Source: Chthoniobacteraceae bacterium
GTDB taxonomy: Bacteria > Verrucomicrobiota > Verrucomicrobiia > Chthoniobacterales > Chthoniobacteraceae
Length of the DNA stretch: 64,000 nucleotides
Direction: 5' to 3'
Assembly (NCBI GenBank): GCA_037190965.1
Contig: JBBCKI010000010.1
Span: 32,001 to 96,000, forward strand
Part shown: positions 21,285 to 30,321 of the stretch, in pieces
How positions within the stretch are numbered: position 1 is the first letter of the stretch
Layout of the letters: each line of letters begins with the position of its first letter
Position numbers and translations under genes: made by a program
Notes under the pieces: generated by a model
Database searches by the model: none
Seen by the model: the letters and a program-made list of their open reading frames with translations, nothing else
What the model was told of the DNA's origin: nothing

Positions 21285-22295
21285 TTAGTGGTGTTCCTCG
21301 TCGTGCTGGCAGATGAGGAGGGTGAAAACGGCGGTCAGGAGGGTGAACACCAGCGCTTGAACGACGCCGACGAGAAGCTCCATGAAGTAGAAGGGGATTG
21401 GGACGAGCCAGCCGAAGAATCTGCCGCCGAGAGCAGCCATTGTTTCCAGCATGTTTTCACCGGCGAAGATGTTGCCGTAGAGACGAAAGCTGAGGGAGAC
21501 GGGGCGGAAGAGAATGGAAACCACTTCCAGAATGCCGACGCAGAGGAAGACGACGATCATGAGCACCTTGAGAGCGCCGGTCGTGCCGCCCTTGGGCCCG
21601 AAGAGGTGGACGAGGAAGCCGCCAGGGCCATTGGCCTGGAGAGCCCAGTAAGTCCAGCAGGCGAAGAAGACCATCGACATGGCGAGCGTCATGTTCAGGT
21701 CGGCGTTGCCGCCGCGAAGAATGGGACGGCTGATGTGCTCCAGAGCCCCTTGGGCGTTTGGAGTTCCCCAACCAACGGTGCCGACGCCGGGAATAAGGCC
21801 GAACCAGTTGGTGAAGAGGATGAAAATGAAGAGGGTGGCAAAGAACCAGAAGGTTCTGCGGATCAGATCATGACCGATGATGCCCTCAAGGAATTCGTAA
21901 AGCGATTCCACCAGCCATTCCCAGAAGTTCTGGGCTCCTTCCGGCACTTCCTTGATGTTCTTGGTCGCTGCCCGCGCAAAGAGAATGAGGAACAGTGCAA
22001 CGATCCAGGAGATGACCATCGAACTGTTGATCTTGAAGTACGGCGAGTCGAAAATGACCGGAGCGCCTTCGGGCAGGCCGTGGTGTTCCGCGTGACCTTC
22101 ACTGGCGTGAAGCTGGGGGGCGTCGGCGGCTTGATTAGCAGCGAACGCGTTGGGCGTCGCGGCGGCGAACACAAAAATCAAAGAAAATAGACCCAAAAGC
22201 CAGCCGCGGAGAGCGCGGCTACCGATTGATCCGAGAGTCGAGACAACAGGCTGGACAGGCAAAACTGGAAAGCGGGTGGTCATAAAAAACAGCAA
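21285..22295 (-). CDS. atpB: ATP synthase a subunit with long N-terminal extension
   Basis: RPVSLSFRLYGNIFAGE, VQALVFTLL; exact start uncertain. Confidence 0.95.
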   Translation of the reverse strand: MLFFMTTRFPVLPVQPVVSTLGSIGSRALRGWLLGLFSLIFVFAAATPNAFAANQAADAPQLHASEGHAEHHGLPEGAPVIFDSPYFKINSSMVISWIVALFLILFARAATKNIKEVPEGAQNFWEWLVESLYEFLEGIIGHDLIRRTFWFFATLFIFILFTNWFGLIPGVGTVGWGTPNAQGALEHISRPILRGGNADLNMTLAMSMVFFACWTYWALQANGPGGFLVHLFGPKGGTTGALKVLMIVVFLCVGILEVVSILFRPVSLSFRLYGNIFAGENMLETMAALGGRFFGWLVPIPFYFMELLVGVVQALVFTLLTAVFTLLICQHDEEHH

Positions 22296-22400
22296 TTCGC
22301 CCCTGACTTGGGAGCTTCGCGAAGGGGCTCGCGGAGATCGCTAGGGCAGAGGCGTTGCGGGAGCGTGATAAGAACAGCGAATAGGGGAATTTGGCAAGTG

Positions 22401-22422
22401 CTTTGTGAAAAATTTCACAAAG
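22401..22422. promoter_or_regulatory. Rex-type operator upstream of the atp operon
   Basis: TTGTGAA-AAAT-TTCACAA at 22403-22420 matches the Rex consensus TTGTGAA-N4-TTCACAA; TTGCCA (-35-like) adjacent on the minus strand. Confidence 0.65.
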
Positions 22423-22436
22423 ACTTTTTCGGGGGG

Positions 22437-22814
22437 TTAGTATTGGGAGTCTCCGACGACGAGATGGACCACCCCGGCGGGGTCGGTGATGAAAAAGCCG
22501 TCGAAGTCTTCCGGAAGCGCCTCGATCTCATCCCGGCGCGGGACGCCGTGATTTTTGAGGTAGCGCGCGGCAGCTTCGGTATCGTTGGTCTCCAATTCCA
22601 GCCAGACGTCGGTTTTGGCGAGTTGGGGCGCTTTGTCGATCCAGAGTCGCATGGGGCCGAACTGAAAGATGCACCCCTCCGGTTCCTCTTCGACGAGAGG
22701 AAGCCCGAGGGTGTCGCGGTAGAAGGCGACGGTCGCGGGATAGAGATGCAGCGGAACCTTAACGGCGATATTCAGACCGCCGGAAAAGCTCGGATTGGAA
22801 ATGTTGGCTACCAT
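22437..22814 (-). CDS. VOC/glyoxalase-like protein
   Basis: TVAFYRDTLGL and FFITDPAGVVHLV. Confidence 0.8.
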   Translation of the reverse strand: MVANISNPSFSGGLNIAVKVPLHLYPATVAFYRDTLGLPLVEEEPEGCIFQFGPMRLWIDKAPQLAKTDVWLELETNDTEAAARYLKNHGVPRRDEIEALPEDFDGFFITDPAGVVHLVVGDSQY

Positions 22815-22876
22815 GACAGATGAAAAGATGGATCGGATCGGGGGTGCAGGAAAGCAGGAAAAGTGCCTTTGCCACG

Positions 22877-24196
22877 TTACGGGGCAGGGGGTGGGTGGTC
22901 CCGCTGGATCCAGGCGAGGGCTTCCTCCCGGGAAGTGAGAGTGCCCTCCAACTGGCGGGTTTGCGCCGCCTCAAGGATCTCGCCGATCGCCGGGCCCGGT
23001 TTCCAACCTTGGGCCAGGAGATCCCGTCCGGTAATAAGCGGCGGGGGGATGAGCGGTTCGTTGGCGAACTCTTCGCGCTTCGCTTTGAGGAATTCGTAAT
23101 TGTCGAGCATCCCGTGACTGCTGGCACAATCGACGCGGTGGAGTTCCAACTCGTCCGTAAAGTGAGGGCGCGCCATGAAGCGTTTGAGCTTGGCGATACG
23201 CATCGATTGCACATCCTTGAAGACCATGTGATTGGCCACGGCCTCCACGGTCGCGTCGATTTCTTCCCGGGAAAACCGGAGCCGTTCCATGATGCCGACG
23301 GTCATCTCCGCGCCCACCTTGTCATGACCGCTGAACCGGATGCGCCCTTCGGCGGGGTCGATGGAAAACGTGGGGGGCTTGCCGATGTCGTGAAAAAGGA
23401 CGCTGAAAACCAGCGGGAGCGAGACTTCCTCGGGCAGAAGTTCCAGCATCCGGCGGGTGTGAACGTAGACATCGCCCTCCGGGTGGAACTGCGGCGGTTG
23501 TTCGCATCCCTTGAGCGTTTCGATCTCGGGGAGGATCTGCGCCATCAGGCCGCTGGCGTCGAGGAGGTCGAAGCCCCGCACCCGAGCGGGGGAGAGAAAG
23601 ATGCGGACTAATTCCTCTCGAATCCTTTCGGAGCTAACGGCGTGGATTTCGGACGCGTTCTCGCGGATCGCCGCCCAGGTGGCCGGTTCGATCTCGAAGC
23701 CGAAGGTCGCAGAAAAACGGAGCGCGCGCAGGAGCCGGAGCCGGTCCTCGCGAAATCGCTCGGCGGGATTGCCGATGGCCCGGATCAGACGCGCCTGAAG
23801 ATCGTCTCGACCGTGTACGTAATCGATCACCTCGGCGCGCAACGGGTCATAGAACATCCCGTTGATGGTGAAGTCCCGCCGTTCGGCGTCTTGCCGCGGG
23901 TCGGAGTAAGTCACGCCGACCGGGTGGCGGCCATCGAGGTAGATGCCGTCAGCCCGAAAGGTGGCCACCTGAAACTCATACCCGGACTCCAGGACGATGA
24001 TGACGCCGAAGTGCGCCCCGACGGCGTAAGTGCGCGCGAAAAGACTCTGGACCTCCTCGGGCCGGGCGCTGGTCGCGATGTCGTAATCCTTCGGGGAGAT
24101 CCCCAATAGGGTGTCCCGAACGCAGCCGCCTGCAAAGAAAGCCGCGAAACCGGCTTTCTGAAGCCGTTCCACTACCGCTCGCGCGGTCTGTTCCAT
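22877..24196 (-). CDS. cca: CCA tRNA nucleotidyltransferase / poly(A) polymerase family, with HD domain
   Basis: GGCVRD, DYDIAT, RRDFTIN, EDRLRLLRALRF, HPEGDVYVH...FHDIGKP; start placed at ATG 24196. Confidence 0.9.
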   Translation of the reverse strand: MEQTARAVVERLQKAGFAAFFAGGCVRDTLLGISPKDYDIATSARPEEVQSLFARTYAVGAHFGVIIVLESGYEFQVATFRADGIYLDGRHPVGVTYSDPRQDAERRDFTINGMFYDPLRAEVIDYVHGRDDLQARLIRAIGNPAERFREDRLRLLRALRFSATFGFEIEPATWAAIRENASEIHAVSSERIREELVRIFLSPARVRGFDLLDASGLMAQILPEIETLKGCEQPPQFHPEGDVYVHTRRMLELLPEEVSLPLVFSVLFHDIGKPPTFSIDPAEGRIRFSGHDKVGAEMTVGIMERLRFSREEIDATVEAVANHMVFKDVQSMRIAKLKRFMARPHFTDELELHRVDCASSHGMLDNYEFLKAKREEFANEPLIPPPLITGRDLLAQGWKPGPAIGEILEAAQTRQLEGTLTSREEALAWIQRDHPPPAP

Positions 24197-24212
24197 AAAC
24201 GCTGGCAACCGA

Positions 24213-24548
24213 CTACTGGGCGTTTTCTGCCTTTTTGCCCGGGGTGTACTGGATATTGTATTTGGCGACGATCTTCCTGGCCTCGCTGTTGGTCTTGGCG
24301 ACTTCCAGAAGCTCCATCGCCAATTTTTCGAGCCGCATCTTTGAGTCTTCAGCCTGAACAACCGCCGGTTCGCGCTGGGAGATGGCTGTCTGAAGGGTGT
24401 CGCGTTCCCGGGTGATCCGGGTGACCTGCCAGCTCAGAAACATGAGGAAGCTGCAGCCGAAGAGGGCGAGGGGCAAAAACGGGTTCAGAAGCGCCTGGTT
24501 GCCGCCGGCGTTCGTGATGGACTTGGGCTCGGAGGTTTCAGTGCTCAT
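24213..24548 (-). CDS. Hypothetical single-TM coiled-coil protein
   Basis: TM helix followed by an amphipathic helix; overlaps the upstream gene by 4 nt. Confidence 0.7.
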   Translation of the reverse strand: MSTETSEPKSITNAGGNQALLNPFLPLALFGCSFLMFLSWQVTRITRERDTLQTAISQREPAVVQAEDSKMRLEKLAMELLEVAKTNSEARKIVAKYNIQYTPGKKAENAQ

Positions 24549-24814
24549 TGGGCGGAAGGGTTGACGCTGACGGTGAAGCCGTTGCGGCCCAGAAGTTCCT
24601 TGATTCGCTCGTCGTTGGGCGCTGCGGGAGCGAGATCGCGGACGATATTCTGGAGAACCTGTTGATTGTTGGCGCCCTGGTTGATGGCCTTTTGCTGCTC
24701 GTCGAAAGTAGCTTTCAATTTCAGATTGGACTGATCGACCGCCACGAGCGTGACACTCAAAACGAGGCCGATGAAGCCGAGGAGCGAGGTGAGATAAAAA
24801 TGTGAAGCCTTCAT
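24545..24814 (-). CDS. Hypothetical single-TM coiled-coil protein
   Basis: MKASHF start; TM helix followed by a Q/N-rich helix. Confidence 0.7.
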   Translation of the reverse strand: MKASHFYLTSLLGFIGLVLSVTLVAVDQSNLKLKATFDEQQKAINQGANNQQVLQNIVRDLAPAAPNDERIKELLGRNGFTVSVNPSAQ

Positions 24815-24922
24815 GGGCGCTATGTAGACAATCGGCGGGAGGGTAATGCCCGCGTTTTCCAAGGTCTCAGCAAACGAAAGGTGGCGGGCGGCGTCAAGCA
24901 GGGAATCGGTGCTCCGGCCATC

Positions 24923-25080
24923 GGGTGCGGTGGCAACGGTAGCACGCTCGCGCCGTCGAGCGCGGGGTTCGGCTCCTGTGGCTTCATGAGGGATCCCAGG
25001 AGTCAGCAGCCTATCCTGTGGGGATGGACATCAAACGCGGCTCTTCATCGATCCCGCGCTCTCGGCGAGAGCGTGCTACC
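24923..25080 (-). repeat. REPIN-like REP doublet, copy D
   Basis: GGTAGCACGCTCGCGCCGTCGAGCGCGGG ... CCCGCGCTCTCGGCGAGAGCGTGCTACC. Confidence 0.9.
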
Positions 25081-25123
25081 TTCCCTGCATCCGCGGGTGC
25101 CTCGAGGCACGAAGCCGTTTTGA

Positions 25124-25360
25124 ATGGCTGAGTTCGAAGAATTGGAATTGGGAATCGGCGGGCTCGATTCGGAAGTCGCCGAGGAACGCCTCGCGGGCAT
25201 CCTCAAGAATCTTCACGGAATCCACGGGGTCCGGTTGGTTCGAGGCGGAGGGGCGCACATCATCTTCAATCCGCTGGGGATCACCCGCGAGGAGATCTGC
25301 GCGACGGTGCGGCAGGCGGGCTTTGCCCTCGATACGACCCAGAAAACCGGGGAACTGTAA
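25124..25360 (+). CDS. Small HMA-fold-like protein lacking CxxC
   Basis: LGIGGL....EERL..IL..LHGI..V pattern and ITREEI...V.QAGF, typical of HMA domains. Confidence 0.65.
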   Translation: MAEFEELELGIGGLDSEVAEERLAGILKNLHGIHGVRLVRGGGAHIIFNPLGITREEICATVRQAGFALDTTQKTGEL

Positions 25361-25369
25361 TCGCTACCG

Positions 25370-25852
25370 CTACGACTTCCGTTCGGCGGACTGGAGGGCG
25401 AAGTTGTTGAGGATCGCGTCCATCGCCCGGTAAGCCCCGGAGACTTTGCCGGTCTGGAGGTCGAGATTGCCGTCCCTTCCGATCACCATCAGCGCGAACG
25501 GTCCTGTCACGCCGTAGCTGGCGGCCACGGCGGCTCCGTCGCGGGCGACCGCAAACGGGATGTTGGAGCGCAGACCTTCGCTGCTCTCGGTAAAGGCGGC
25601 GACGAAAACGACACCGCGCGCGGCGAAGGTCTGGTATTCGTCTTGGAGGCGTTTGACCTGCTTGCGGAAGGCCCTCGACTGCGGCGTCGGAGCCACCAGC
25701 AGGACGACCGGTTGCCCGCGCAACGTCTTGAGCGACTTCCCGGTCGAGAGCGCAAAGTCCGGCGAGGGACGCACGATGTCGGCGTGGCTGGTCGAGACAA
25801 CGCCCGTCAGGGCGAGCGTGGTGGCGAGGAGCAGGGCAAGCGGCTTGTTCAT
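25370..25852 (-). CDS. Exported thioredoxin-like (DUF4174-like) protein without CxxC
   Basis: Signal peptide; PSPDFAL..GKSLKTLRGQPVVL; IGRDGNL. Confidence 0.65.
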   Translation of the reverse strand: MNKPLALLLATTLALTGVVSTSHADIVRPSPDFALSTGKSLKTLRGQPVVLLVAPTPQSRAFRKQVKRLQDEYQTFAARGVVFVAAFTESSEGLRSNIPFAVARDGAAVAASYGVTGPFALMVIGRDGNLDLQTGKVSGAYRAMDAILNNFALQSAERKS

Positions 25853-25857
25853 CGGGA

Positions 25858-26418
25858 TCAGACTTTGAGAATTTCGGCTTCCTTGTTCGTGACGGCTTCG
25901 TCGATGGCTTTGACGAATTTGTCCGTCAACTCCTGCACATCCTTTTCGAGAGTACGAAGGTCGTCTTCGGTGATTTTGCCCTCTTTCTGGAGTTTCTTGA
26001 GTCCGTCGATGCCGTCGCGGCGGAAACCACGGATGCGCACCCGCGTCTCTTCGGACATCGTTTTGATGGTCTTGACGAGGTCGCGGCGGCGCTCTTCGCT
26101 CAACTCCGGAATGCGGAGGCGGATGAGCTTGCCGTCCACGTTCGGCATGATACCGAGCTTCGATTCCTTAATCCCTTTTTCGACCGCCTTGACGGTGGAG
26201 ACGTCGAAAGGCTGGATGACGATGAGGCGCGCTTCGGGCGTGGTGATCAAAGCGAGCTGCTTGATGCGCATGCTGCTCCCGTAAACGTCGCAATCGATGT
26301 TTTCGACCAGGGCGGGAGATGCCTTGCCGGTGCGCACGCTGGCGAATTCATGGTGCATGTAGTCGATGGTTTTTTCCATCGACTCCTCGGTTTCCAGAAG
26401 GATTTCGTCGGAGCTCAT
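25858..26418 (-). CDS. frr: Ribosome recycling factor
   Basis: VRTGKASPAL, IPELSEERRRDLVK; start placed at ATG 26418. Confidence 0.97.
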   Translation of the reverse strand: MSSDEILLETEESMEKTIDYMHHEFASVRTGKASPALVENIDCDVYGSSMRIKQLALITTPEARLIVIQPFDVSTVKAVEKGIKESKLGIMPNVDGKLIRLRIPELSEERRRDLVKTIKTMSEETRVRIRGFRRDGIDGLKKLQKEGKITEDDLRTLEKDVQELTDKFVKAIDEAVTNKEAEILKV

Positions 26419-26423
26419 AAAAA

Positions 26424-27164
26424 TTAATCGGCGGAGGTGACCAGCGTGCCCACTTGTTCGCCCATGACGATCCGCTTCACGTTGTCGGAGCGGAGCATGT
26501 CGAAAACGATGATGGGGATGCGGTTGTCCATGCAGAGGGAAAACGCGGTGGAATCCATCACGGCCAACCGACGGGTGAGCGCTTCTGTGTAGGTGATCTT
26601 GTCGTAACGGGTCGCGGTCGGGTCCTTGGCGGGATCGGCGGTATAAATGCCGTCCACCTTGGTTGCTTTCAGAATGACTTCCGCGCCGATCTCGCTGGCG
26701 CGCAGCGCCGCCGTGGTGTCGGTGGAAAAGAAGGGATTGCCCGTTCCGGCTACAAAAATGACGACGCGGCCGCACTCCAGATGCTCCATGGCACGGCGGC
26801 GAATGAACGGTTCCGCGACTTCCTGCATCTCGATGGCCGTCTGGACCCGCGTGGAGATGCCGATCTGTTCCAGGGCGCTCTGGAGAGCCATGCCGTTGAT
26901 GACGGTGGCAAGCATTCCCATGTAGTCGGCGGTGGTGCGCTCCATCCCGCGATGGCTTGCGGAAAGCCCGCGCCAGATGTTGCCGCCGCCGATGACGACC
27001 GCGACTTCCACGCCGAGGCCATGGACTTCCTGGATCTGCCGGGCGATCTCGCTGACAATTTGGGGTGAAATGTTATCGCGGCTTCCCGCCTCTCTCAAAG
27101 CCTCCCCGCTGACTTTGAGGACAATTCGTTTGTATTTGGGGGTTGGCATGCCGGTGTCTGACAT
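26424..27164 (-). CDS. pyrH: UMP kinase
   Basis: [30 protein letters not shown]; start at 27164 or 27149. Confidence 0.97.
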   Translation of the reverse strand: MSDTGMPTPKYKRIVLKVSGEALREAGSRDNISPQIVSEIARQIQEVHGLGVEVAVVIGGGNIWRGLSASHRGMERTTADYMGMLATVINGMALQSALEQIGISTRVQTAIEMQEVAEPFIRRRAMEHLECGRVVIFVAGTGNPFFSTDTTAALRASEIGAEVILKATKVDGIYTADPAKDPTATRYDKITYTEALTRRLAVMDSTAFSLCMDNRIPIIVFDMLRSDNVKRIVMGEQVGTLVTSAD

Positions 27165-27199
27165 CAGGGCGTCACTCAACACGAAGTGCTCCCCGGGCA

Positions 27200-27595
27200 T
27201 CAAGCTTCATCTTTGCAGCAGGGTGAAATCATGGGGCGTATCCCCCAAAGTCTTGCCTTGGCGGCTCTTTTGCGTTTGTCCCGGACTCGGATCTTGCAGA
27301 GTTCGCGGTAGATCGAGTCGATCTCGGTTTGAATCCGCTCAGGGCGGTCTTCCTGAAGGATGACCTGGGCGTTGACGTGCTGGATCCGCATATCGATTTC
27401 CACCTTCCGCCGGTCCGGGCACCGCGCGGAGGCGTAGCAACGGATCGGTTCGCCCAATGGGCAGCAGGAGTAGAAGAAATGATCCAGTCGCTCCACCTGC
27501 CGCCTCAGGTTGGTATAGGGGTCTTCCTCCACGCAGGCGGCTGTGCCGACAAGGGGGAGGAGGAGTGCAAGGGCAAGGGCGGGGAGGGGAATCAT
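27200..27595 (-). CDS. Hypothetical Cys-rich exported protein
   Basis: Hydrophobic N-terminus, eight Cys; no family recognised. Confidence 0.5.
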   Translation of the reverse strand: MIPLPALALALLLPLVGTAACVEEDPYTNLRRQVERLDHFFYSCCPLGEPIRCYASARCPDRRKVEIDMRIQHVNAQVILQEDRPERIQTEIDSIYRELCKIRVRDKRKRAAKARLWGIRPMISPCCKDEA

Positions 27596-27637
27596 CGGTT
27601 TTTCAGTTCTCTAAAGATCGGATCTGAGGGGTCTTGA

Positions 27638-27795
27638 GGGTGCGGCAGCACCGGTAGCCCGCTCCGCCGTCGAGCGCGGGTTCGACTCCCTGGCTTCATG
27701 AGGGCCGCATCCCAGTATCGGCAGTCTGTCCTGCGGGATGGGCGTCAAACGCGACTCTTCATCGATGCCCGCGCTCGCGGCGCGAGCGGGCTACC
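27638..27795 (-). repeat. REPIN-like REP doublet, copy E
   Basis: GGTGCGGCAGCACCGGTAGCCCGCTC ... CCCGCGCTCGCGGCGCGAGCGGGCTACC. Confidence 0.9.
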
Positions 27796-27888
27796 TTGCC
27801 AGAGAAATCTGTAATCTGAGTGCAGGTTCTTGTGTAACAACCATTTGCGAAATGGCGAAGTTGCGTTGAGGTTGCCAGCCGTTCTGCA

Positions 27889-29022
27889 ATGAGGCTCAAA
27901 ATTCCAATCCCAGCTTCGAAACTCTTCGCGACCGCTGCCGCCAGCGTGTTCTGGTTCGCATCTCCCCATCATGCGGATGCGGCTGGGGAGTGGAAGCTGT
28001 ACCGGTACAGCGGGCATGACTACGTCTCGCTCGACAATATTGCTTCCTTTTATGGGCTTTCCCCGGCGGCGGTGACGGTTCCCGCTCCGGGGGCTGCAAC
28101 GCCGCCGGAAGATTCTGCGGTCACCCCGGCCAACAATCAGACCGGCTTCGCCAATGACAACGCCGAGATCGGCCTGCGCACCGGCTCCCGTGAGGTTATC
28201 ATCAACGGCGTCAGGCAATGGCTCTCTTTTCCGGTTAGGGAGGAGGACGGGAAACTGCTTGTCTCGCGTGTTGACCTCGCCAAAACCATCGAGCCGATGC
28301 TGCGTCCTCAGCGAATTGGGGACCTGAAACGGGTGGAGACCGTCGTGCTTGACCCCGGCCATGGCGGCCACGATCGGGGGGCCACCAACAAGCTCGGCAA
28401 GGAAAAGGAGTACACCCTCGACGTCTGCCTTCGCATCAAGCCGCTCCTGGAAGCCCAGGGGCTTCGGGTCATCCTGACCCGCGATCGCGATGTCTTTATC
28501 CCTCTTAATAAACGCCCCCGGATTGCGAATGAAACTCCCAACTCGATCTTTGTTTCCGTTCATTTCAACTCGGGCGGCCCTCATGCCAACGGGTTTGAGG
28601 TGTTCGCCATCACCCCGCGCGGCGCACCCTCCACGGCAGACAAGGTGGTTCGGCCCCGCGATTTCCGGGAGGAACCCGGCAACGCGGTCGATGTCCCCAG
28701 CGCGGCCCTCGCCTCCAGCGTTTATCACTCCATGCTTGGGCACCTCCCCCAGGTCGACCGGGGGTTGAAGCGCGCCCGGTTCGCCGTTATCCGGACCGCC
28801 ACGGTCCCCTCCATTCTGGTGGAAGGCGGGTTCGTCTCCCATGGGGAAGAGTCCCAACTCATTCATGCCCCGGAATGGAGGGAGAACCTCGCAAAATCGA
28901 TCGCGGCGGGGATTCTTGGATACAAGGGGCTTTCCGAATTGAATCGCCCTCCCGAACTCATGGCGACTTACCGCCGCGAGTTGAAGGAAGAGACGGCGAA
29001 GAAGGAAGTTCCGGAGAAATAG
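27889..29022 (+). CDS. N-acetylmuramoyl-L-alanine amidase (Amidase_3)
   Basis: LDPGHGGHD, EKE, FVSVHFNS, ILVEGGF zinc motifs; signal peptide. Confidence 0.93.
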   Translation: MRLKIPIPASKLFATAAASVFWFASPHHADAAGEWKLYRYSGHDYVSLDNIASFYGLSPAAVTVPAPGAATPPEDSAVTPANNQTGFANDNAEIGLRTGSREVIINGVRQWLSFPVREEDGKLLVSRVDLAKTIEPMLRPQRIGDLKRVETVVLDPGHGGHDRGATNKLGKEKEYTLDVCLRIKPLLEAQGLRVILTRDRDVFIPLNKRPRIANETPNSIFVSVHFNSGGPHANGFEVFAITPRGAPSTADKVVRPRDFREEPGNAVDVPSAALASSVYHSMLGHLPQVDRGLKRARFAVIRTATVPSILVEGGFVSHGEESQLIHAPEWRENLAKSIAAGILGYKGLSELNRPPELMATYRRELKEETAKKEVPEK

Positions 29023-29148
29023 CCTTCGATTTTCGAACGCGGGCAAAGAAAGTATGTCTGAATGCTTGCGGGGCAATCAGGTAGCCCTGCATTCTCGGCG
29101 AACTTTTTCAGGCTAACCTTTGGCAGATTCTTACGACCCGACACGCAC

Positions 29149-30138
29149 ATGACGAAAACGACTGAAGAAATCACGGCAGAAGTCCGGCACGCCGGGCGAT
29201 GGATCGCACCGCTCCAGGCAGAGGTTGCCCGCGTGGTGGTGGGCCAGAAGTATCTTGTCGATGGCCTCCTCCTTGGCCTTTTGACTCACGGGCACGTTCT
29301 TTTGGAAGGCGTCCCCGGGCTGGCCAAAACGCTCACGGTCAAAACGCTGGCCTCCAGCATCCAGACCGGGTTCGCGCGTCTCCAGTTCACGCCGGACCTC
29401 CTCCCCGCCGATCTCATCGGCACCCAGATCTACAACCCGCGCTCCGGCGACTTCAGCGTCAAGCAGGGGCCGCTTTTCTCCAACCTCATTCTCGCGGACG
29501 AAATCAACCGCGCCCCCGCCAAAGTGCAGAGCGCGCTTCTGGAGGCGATGCAAGAGCGGCAGGTCACCATCGGCGAGCATACCTATAAACTTCCCGATCC
29601 CTTTCTTGTCCTCGCCACGCAAAACCCGTTGGAGCAGGAGGGCACCTATCAGTTGCCCGAAGCCCAGCTCGATCGCTTCATGCTCAAGCTCCGCATCGGC
29701 TATCCCACCAAGGCGGAGGAACGGCAGATCCTCGATTTGATGGCAACCTCCGCGCCGAAGTTGGAGGTGACGCCGGTTGTCGATCCTGAGCAGGTGATCC
29801 ACGCTCGCCACATCGTCAACGAAATCTACGTGGATGACCGCGTGAAGGATTACATCGTCGATGTCGTCTTCGCCACGCGCGAGCCCGCCAGTTATAAGCT
29901 CCCGCTGGAGGGGATGATCCGCTACGGCGCTTCGCCGCGCGCCACCATCGCCCTTACGCTCGCAGCTCGCGCCCGAGCCTTCCTGCAAGGGCGCGGCTAC
30001 GTCACCCCGCAGGATGTGAAGAGCATCGGGCAGGATGTGCTGCGTCACCGCATTATCGTCAGCTACGAGGCGGAAGCCGAAGAGGTGACGAGCGAGAAGA
30101 TCATCGACCGGATTTTTGCCGGCCTCCCCGTGCCCTAG
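29149..30138 (+). CDS. moxR: MoxR family AAA+ ATPase
   Basis: LEGVPGLAKT, QFTPDLLPAD, ADEINRAPAKVQSALLEAM, LPEAQLDRF. Confidence 0.95.
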   Translation: MTKTTEEITAEVRHAGRWIAPLQAEVARVVVGQKYLVDGLLLGLLTHGHVLLEGVPGLAKTLTVKTLASSIQTGFARLQFTPDLLPADLIGTQIYNPRSGDFSVKQGPLFSNLILADEINRAPAKVQSALLEAMQERQVTIGEHTYKLPDPFLVLATQNPLEQEGTYQLPEAQLDRFMLKLRIGYPTKAEERQILDLMATSAPKLEVTPVVDPEQVIHARHIVNEIYVDDRVKDYIVDVVFATREPASYKLPLEGMIRYGASPRATIALTLAARARAFLQGRGYVTPQDVKSIGQDVLRHRIIVSYEAEAEEVTSEKIIDRIFAGLPVP

Positions 30139-30304
30139 TTAGTACCTTGTAACAGATAAAATGGCGCATCTAGCTTGTCTTTTTGGCCCAGGGCTGCGTT
30201 GTCAGCCCAAGGTGTTATCTTCAGATAGCACCATGGGCCTCCGCCTTGCCCTGAACCAAAAATCCGGCGCTATATGCGTCATTTTCCTTGTTACAAGGTA
30301 CTAG
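30139..30304. mobile_element. MITE-like, fully palindromic element inside the moxR-Bat operon
   Basis: Perfect 15-bp terminal IR TAGTACCTTGTAACA/TGTTACAAGGTACTA, nested internal IRs, TTAG/CTAG ends. Confidence 0.7.
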
Positions 30305-30321
30305 CCGCAGGGAGGGACATC

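Noticed and set aside
22391..22406. TTGGCAAGTGCTTTGT as a sigma-54 promoter
   Set aside because: It lacks the conserved -12 GC and points away from the atp operon.
27670..27700. GGGTTCGACTCCC resembling a tRNA T-loop, and repeat tails ending in CCA
   Set aside because: Both lie inside the REPIN. The T-loop-like motif and the CCA are on opposite strands, other copies read GGTATCGGCT, and no cloverleaf can be built.
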